From the NCBI GenBank assembly GCA_026387835.1, contig JAPLKZ010000010.1, positions 114,325 to 146,324 on the forward strand: a stretch of DNA of 32,000 nt. The letters run 5' to 3'. The notes below the pieces were generated by a model. It was not told the origin of the DNA. It saw nothing but the letters and a program-made list of their open reading frames with translations, and did no database searches. Made by a program: the position numbers and the translations under genes. The stretch is from Candidatus Saganbacteria bacterium (lineage in GTDB: Bacteria > Margulisbacteria > WOR-1 > JAKLHX01). Below are positions 23,801 to 29,800 of the stretch, one piece after another; the first letter of the stretch is position 1, and each line of letters starts with the position of its first letter.

Positions 23801-26800
23801 GCCGCTATTTTGCAGTGCCATCCCTCTCATCTTATCTGCAATATCACCCAGCAGACTGTAATAACCTGTTTCATTCCCGACTGTTTCACCGCCTTCAGCA
23901 TTTCTGGTCACAACCCTGCCGTCACGCATCTGGATACAGACCCTTACAGGCACGCATTCCTGATCAGCCGTGCCTCCCGGCAGTTTAAAGAACAGTGTCT
24001 CAAGCCTCACATCACCTGTTGTTGCAGCCCCGCTCGTTCTTGCATCAAATATAGCCTGCAAAGCTCTCCTGCATCCGTCTGCATCCTGTCCCGCGTAATC
24101 CCATTCGGAAACGTTCCTGCTCAGCTCGACAACTTCAATACCAAGCCTTTCAAAGAAAGCCCTGACCTCCGGAACCGTGAGGGTGCCTGACATGAATACC
24201 TTCAACCCCCGGAAGGAAAGCAAGAATTGCTGAGGTGTCTGCGACTGTATTGCCGTTAGTTCCTGCCTGATGGGGAATCCGCACATTGCCTCAAGCGCCT
24301 GATGGAGGCCTTCGTTAAACCTGTTGTCAACCATTATCTTCGAAACATTTTCATCGACAACATAAACTTGTCTTTTAACACGGTCCACATATACTTTTTT
24401 GTCATCGATAGTTTTTTGGGCTTTCATGCAATTTATGACCATATCCACTGTGCCCGGTTTGTTTGCCAATTCGCTGAATTGTTTATTGGCCATTAAAAGT
24501 GCTTCTATATTTGGCCTGTCGCTTTCTCCAATTCCTCTTGACATAACATATTTTGCTGCTTTGGCTGCTTTTCTCCATTGTTTTGCATTGGCTACTTCAC
24601 TTCCGTCCCCGCCTCCGGAAAGGATGAGAGGCGTCTTGCTCATGTCTATCATAAAATATTCGCCTTCATCCGCTGTATAGCTGCGCTGAAAATCGACAAA
24701 TGCGGCTTCCGCGGGCGGCATCGTCCTGCTTATCAGGTCAACCACCATGAAATCGTACAAAGAGCCGTAAACGACCGGCGATGAAAGTTCCGTCCTCAGC
24801 CTCGCCTGTGAAGATTTCGAATCCACCACGCCCACCTTTGGCACGCCCATCACCTCATAACATTCCCTGAAACACTCGGCATCGCGCTCGGCAAAGATAT
24901 GGTCTGTCGTGAAAGAATAACTCATACCCTTGTCCGCCCGCCACCTGTTTATGTTCACGCCAAAGCATATAGCCGATTTTCCTCCGCCGCATTCTTTATT
25001 GAACGAATACCCGAGATAACCTCTCGCGACCGCTTCCATCTGTGGGAATGTAAAGCGCAGGTGGTTATATTTGTATTCCACTTTCTTGGTGCCGGGGATC
25101 GTTCCGGGGACTTCATCCGCGCTTTTACCGAACAAATAGACCGAGATCCTGGTCAAAGCCAGTAGTTTTGTCCTCGCTTCAAAACTACTAAAATCACCGT
25201 GAAATCCTTCCATTTGTTCATTGAACAGTTTTTGATATCCTTCTTTTGCTCCTTTGATATTTCCGCTGTCGACCAATTCTCTTAATCTTTCTGTCTCAGC
25301 AGTGATCGTACGCTCATTGCATACTCTCATAGCATCTTCGACCATCTTTTGGACTGCTTGTTCCTGTGTCGTCACTCCGGCCGGCAAAACGAGTTCGACA
25401 TGTCTTCCGATATCAATTCCCAGGTCTTGAGCTATTTCGCTTAAGTTTTGGCCGCTCACAAATTTTATGTGGTCCGCTAAATCAACGATTGCTCCTCTTA
25501 AAGTCGCAACTTGCTCAGGTGCTGATATTACCTTTCTGTCAATTATCAATCTTTCCCGCCCTATCTTTATCCTTAATAGTTTTGCGCCCGAATTAGTTAT
25601 ATATGGGCTCATCGCAATCTCATTACCATCAACGATCTCTATCCTCCCTATCGGCAAAGTTTCGATAGACCTGTCAATACGAATAGTCTGTGTAGGTCCG
25701 CTTTCAAATATTTCCTCGACCGCGTCTCTGAATATCTCGCATCTCTTATCCCCTTCTATCACCGAGATCGGCTCATCCTGCCTTTTCACAAATCTGACAG
25801 CTCTTGCGGTCCGGGTGCTGTCCGGAAGGCTTTCGAATACAAATGTGCCGCTTCCGTTAAGATGTTCAGGGAATTTTGCGCGGTAATCAGGCTGATAAGA
25901 ACCGCGGATCGCCCTTCTCGTTACTGCAGACGGGCTTACACCGAGATCTGCGGCTGTCTGTCTTTTTTGATCGCCGACAAAAATAAAATCTTGAGGGTGT
26001 TCGGCTGCTTTTACCGCTCTTCCTACCCTGTCAGCTAAACAGCTGATGAAATATAAAGAGACGACCCTGTATGAAAATCTTCCTGTTTCGTACGCAGTTC
26101 TGCCCCCTGCCATTACCGCCGTCCTTAGGGCAGGGTGATCATTCAAATACTTCCTGACAGGGCCTATTTTGGTGGGGTCTCCGGAATAAGAATTCTTTAC
26201 CCATTCTGCGCCTCTGACTAAACAATCTTCAATCGTGATATGTACCCAGTCAAGCCCCTTCCCTATTTTCCCGTCCCTTCCTACACGGTCCATAGTCCAT
26301 TCGGCGCCGCTGCCTAAAACTCTGAATACTGTTCTTGTACCAAGAGGCAGAGTCTTATGGGACATATACGGCATACCGCGCGCTCTTCTAGTGACATAAT
26401 CCGCCCCCCGCAGGGCAGAATAACTTGCCGCCATTGTCTGGAGCATCCAGAACACTGATTTTCCTATTAATTTGTCCCAGTCGTCTTCAGTTTTCCAGAG
26501 ATCGTTAATTTTTGAAAGTCCCAAGCGCGGGTCTATTCCGTATCTTACAAATGCTTTAGTCATGCTTGCAAGCTGGTAAAGCAGGCCGTCTTCATATCCC
26601 GTCCCTTCGGTCCCGAAGAAAATATTGTCTGCCGCTGACCAGTTGCCTGTTGTTTCGCCTTTGATTATTGCTTCGGACCACGATTTCATCTTCCCGCCGA
26701 CATTTCCGATCTGCCAGCCGATCGCAGCCGGCATCGTCTGCCACGGCAGAGCCTCTTCAACCATGTTGAACAAAAATGGAACGCCGCTGAATGTCTTTAG

Positions 26801-29800
26801 CGGTGTCGCCCATGTGCCGTCGAATACAGGGTTCATCCTGTGCTCCGGAGTGCATTCCCCGTACATATTTAATTCGACCATCTGAGGTATTTTCTGGGTA
26901 CCGTTTATTCCGAAAGTCTCCCTCAGCCCGCGCTGGAGGTAATGCTGGACGTTGGCGAGGTCAAAGCTTGCTTCCGGAACTCCGGACGTCCTCTCGAACA
27001 GGTCGAGCACCGTGAAAGCGTCAAGCAGGGCGCCGGAAAAAGCTTTTTCAGCTTCGCTCTTTGCGGCCTCCGGATTAGAGATATCCGAGGCATCTTCCGC
27101 TTTGAAACGGTCTACTGGACTGATCCATTCCCATTTTTGCGCCTTATCATCAAACCTTAAATTATAAAGTCTCTTGCTTGCGGCGGACGGCCACATCGAT
27201 CTGTTATTATTTAATCTGTCAAGAACAAGGTTCAGGTTAGTTACTGTTCGTCCGATATCCTGCACGTCCACCTGGTTGAACCTTGCTATGCCTTTTTGAT
27301 CACCTTCGAACGGCCTGAAATCAGATATCATCTGCTTTTTTTGGCTTTCGGAAAACCTGTAGTTAAAGAATTTTACATAAAACCCTATTGATGTCTTTGG
27401 ATTAGCCTGCGTCATCGCGCCCATCGTTGCAAATATCCTTTGCCAGACGATATTCTTCGCGGACATCAGATTTTCTCCGGATACTGGCGCATTTGCCTTA
27501 AATTTTGTTGTGTCGGTATCCGCGGCATTTGCGCCCATTGATGTCAGCGCTATAGGCAAGCCGCCTGTCATTATTAAAGACGATGATATTAATGTGAGCC
27601 AGTTGAGGTCCGACGAAGAGACGGGTATTGCGAACATCATCCTTATCAGGAGCATCTTTGCTATCGTCGTGTCGCGGTTTTCTACCGGAAGCACCGTCAG
27701 AGTCGTCCAGCCGCCGTCCCTCTGGATCGTCTTTAAGATGAACTTTTCGATATCTTCAAACGTTTTCAGCCCCGTTGCTTCGGCAATATAATCCGAGATG
27801 GACTTTTCATATTTCGGCTTGCCCTGCTCGTCATAGACGACCATGTTTTGACCGAAAACATATTTCATTATATTTTCCGAGGTCTTTATCCTGCTGATGG
27901 CAGGGCTCAGCGACAGGAAGAAATTTTCATCGATCCTCGTATCCATCATCGGTGAAAGCTTCTTTGAAAGTTCTCTCCTCAGACTGCCGAGTTCCCTGTT
28001 AAGCGAAATTAATTCGGTATAATCATCCGGATATTCTTTTTTCCAGTCTTCCAGTTCCTTTTTCTTTGCACCTTTGGTTTTTTCGTTCAGGAACGAGTTA
28101 ATATTTGCCTCGATCGTTTTTATCTTCTGCATCGTAACGTCGATCTCACCCTGGAGCTCACCGATCTTTTTGACCGCGGCTGGCTGAAGAGAGGCTTTTA
28201 ACAGCATCACCTGCAGCCAGGCTTTTTCCCCGCTTATCCTCTGTCTCGGCACTGTCACCAGGGACCTAGTATCCTGGTTCCATACGCGCAGCATCACGCT
28301 TGCAGTCTTTGATAACCAGGAATCACCTCCCACCACTTCTCCCGGGATATCGGCGACAAGATCGACCTGGTCAAGCTGCCAGCATATCCTGTTCACTGTT
28401 TCCGCATATTTTCTGATGTTTTCAGGCAGGTCGTTCAGCCTTGTAGTCCTGAGGACTTCTCCGGATTCTTTCAGCCATTTTGCAAGCGCCATCAGTCCGT
28501 CTTTGTCTTCATCATTGTTTATCCCGCCCTGCACGGGGATAAAATAGCCTTCCATCTGGCCTCTTTTAATCACCGCGTCTGCATCGCTAAGCTCTTTAGG
28601 GCAAAGTTCCCTTGTGCCGACATAAAGATTTGCCAGCGCTTTTAAAGTTTTTAACTCCTTTAGAGTTGAACCGTTTAAAAGCATGATGTTTTCCGCTATC
28701 CTTTCGAATTTTTTCCGGTCGCTAGGATCTTTCAGAAATTGTGCCAGTTCGTCGAGGAATTGCTTCAGCTCGCCCTCGTCTTTTGGCGTGGCTTTTACAA
28801 GTTCTGTTTTCAATAATTCTGCCAGCCTCTTCCTTAATTTCCCGATATCATCTATATCCTGCAGGGTCAGGAACGTTTCCTGCCCGGGATTCACCAGACA
28901 TGTAAATAATTTGCCCAGAAGTTTATTTTCTTCGGCTGTCAGGCTTATCTCGTGTTTTTCTTTTACGACAAAAGAAAGAGAGGCTATAAAATCGTCAAAG
29001 TTGCTTACAGGCAGTGCCGATGATAAGTATATTCGGCCTTTCCTGTCGAGAAGGACGGCCAAGGCCGTGACGTCAGAAAAAGTCATGTAATTTTCTTTTG
29101 GTGATGAAATATTTCTGCATCCGGCGCCTATCATCATAGCCTTGGCAAGCGAGTAAGGCGCTTTCTGTCCGAAGACGTTTAGGTCTACTTTTTCGTTTTC
29201 ATTTGTCGGCTTTATTTTCGGTCTATCCGAGATCTCTTTCGGGGACGCTTCCTGGGCTTGGGTCGGTTTGTTTATTGTCGTGAACATTTTTCCGTCAAGT
29301 GTGACTGAACCTGCGCTCACATAGGTCTGCCTTGTCTTGGGATCGCCCTGGTCCATGAAATACACTCTGGCGGCGGCCCCTGCCAGTGATCCGGAGAATT
29401 TCTTTTTCAGTTCCTGCTGGTCAGGATCGAATTTTGTCTTTTCTTCTTCATTTTCGGTGATCCCGGAAGCCTTTATCCACGCGGCTGTCCTGTTCTCTTT
29501 TACGACAAGGCCGGCGGTAGCCAGAGCCCTGTTAATTTCCGAAATGCTGAAAGCTGCGAACTTCAGTGCTTCTCTTTTTTCCGGCTTCTCGTTTTTTTCG
29601 GCCTTCTCTGTAGCTTTAAAGAACTGCTGCGCAGCGATAAAGAAAGCCTCGCGTTCTTCGGCAGTCGCGTTATTCAGCCAGCCCAGAAAGGATGTTATCT
29701 TGTCTATTTCTTCTTTTGTCGGTTTGTATTTCAGAATCAGTGTGATCAGCTGCTTTTCCATGTCCGTAAATTTTGGTTTGGCTTCTTTTTGTCCGTAAAA

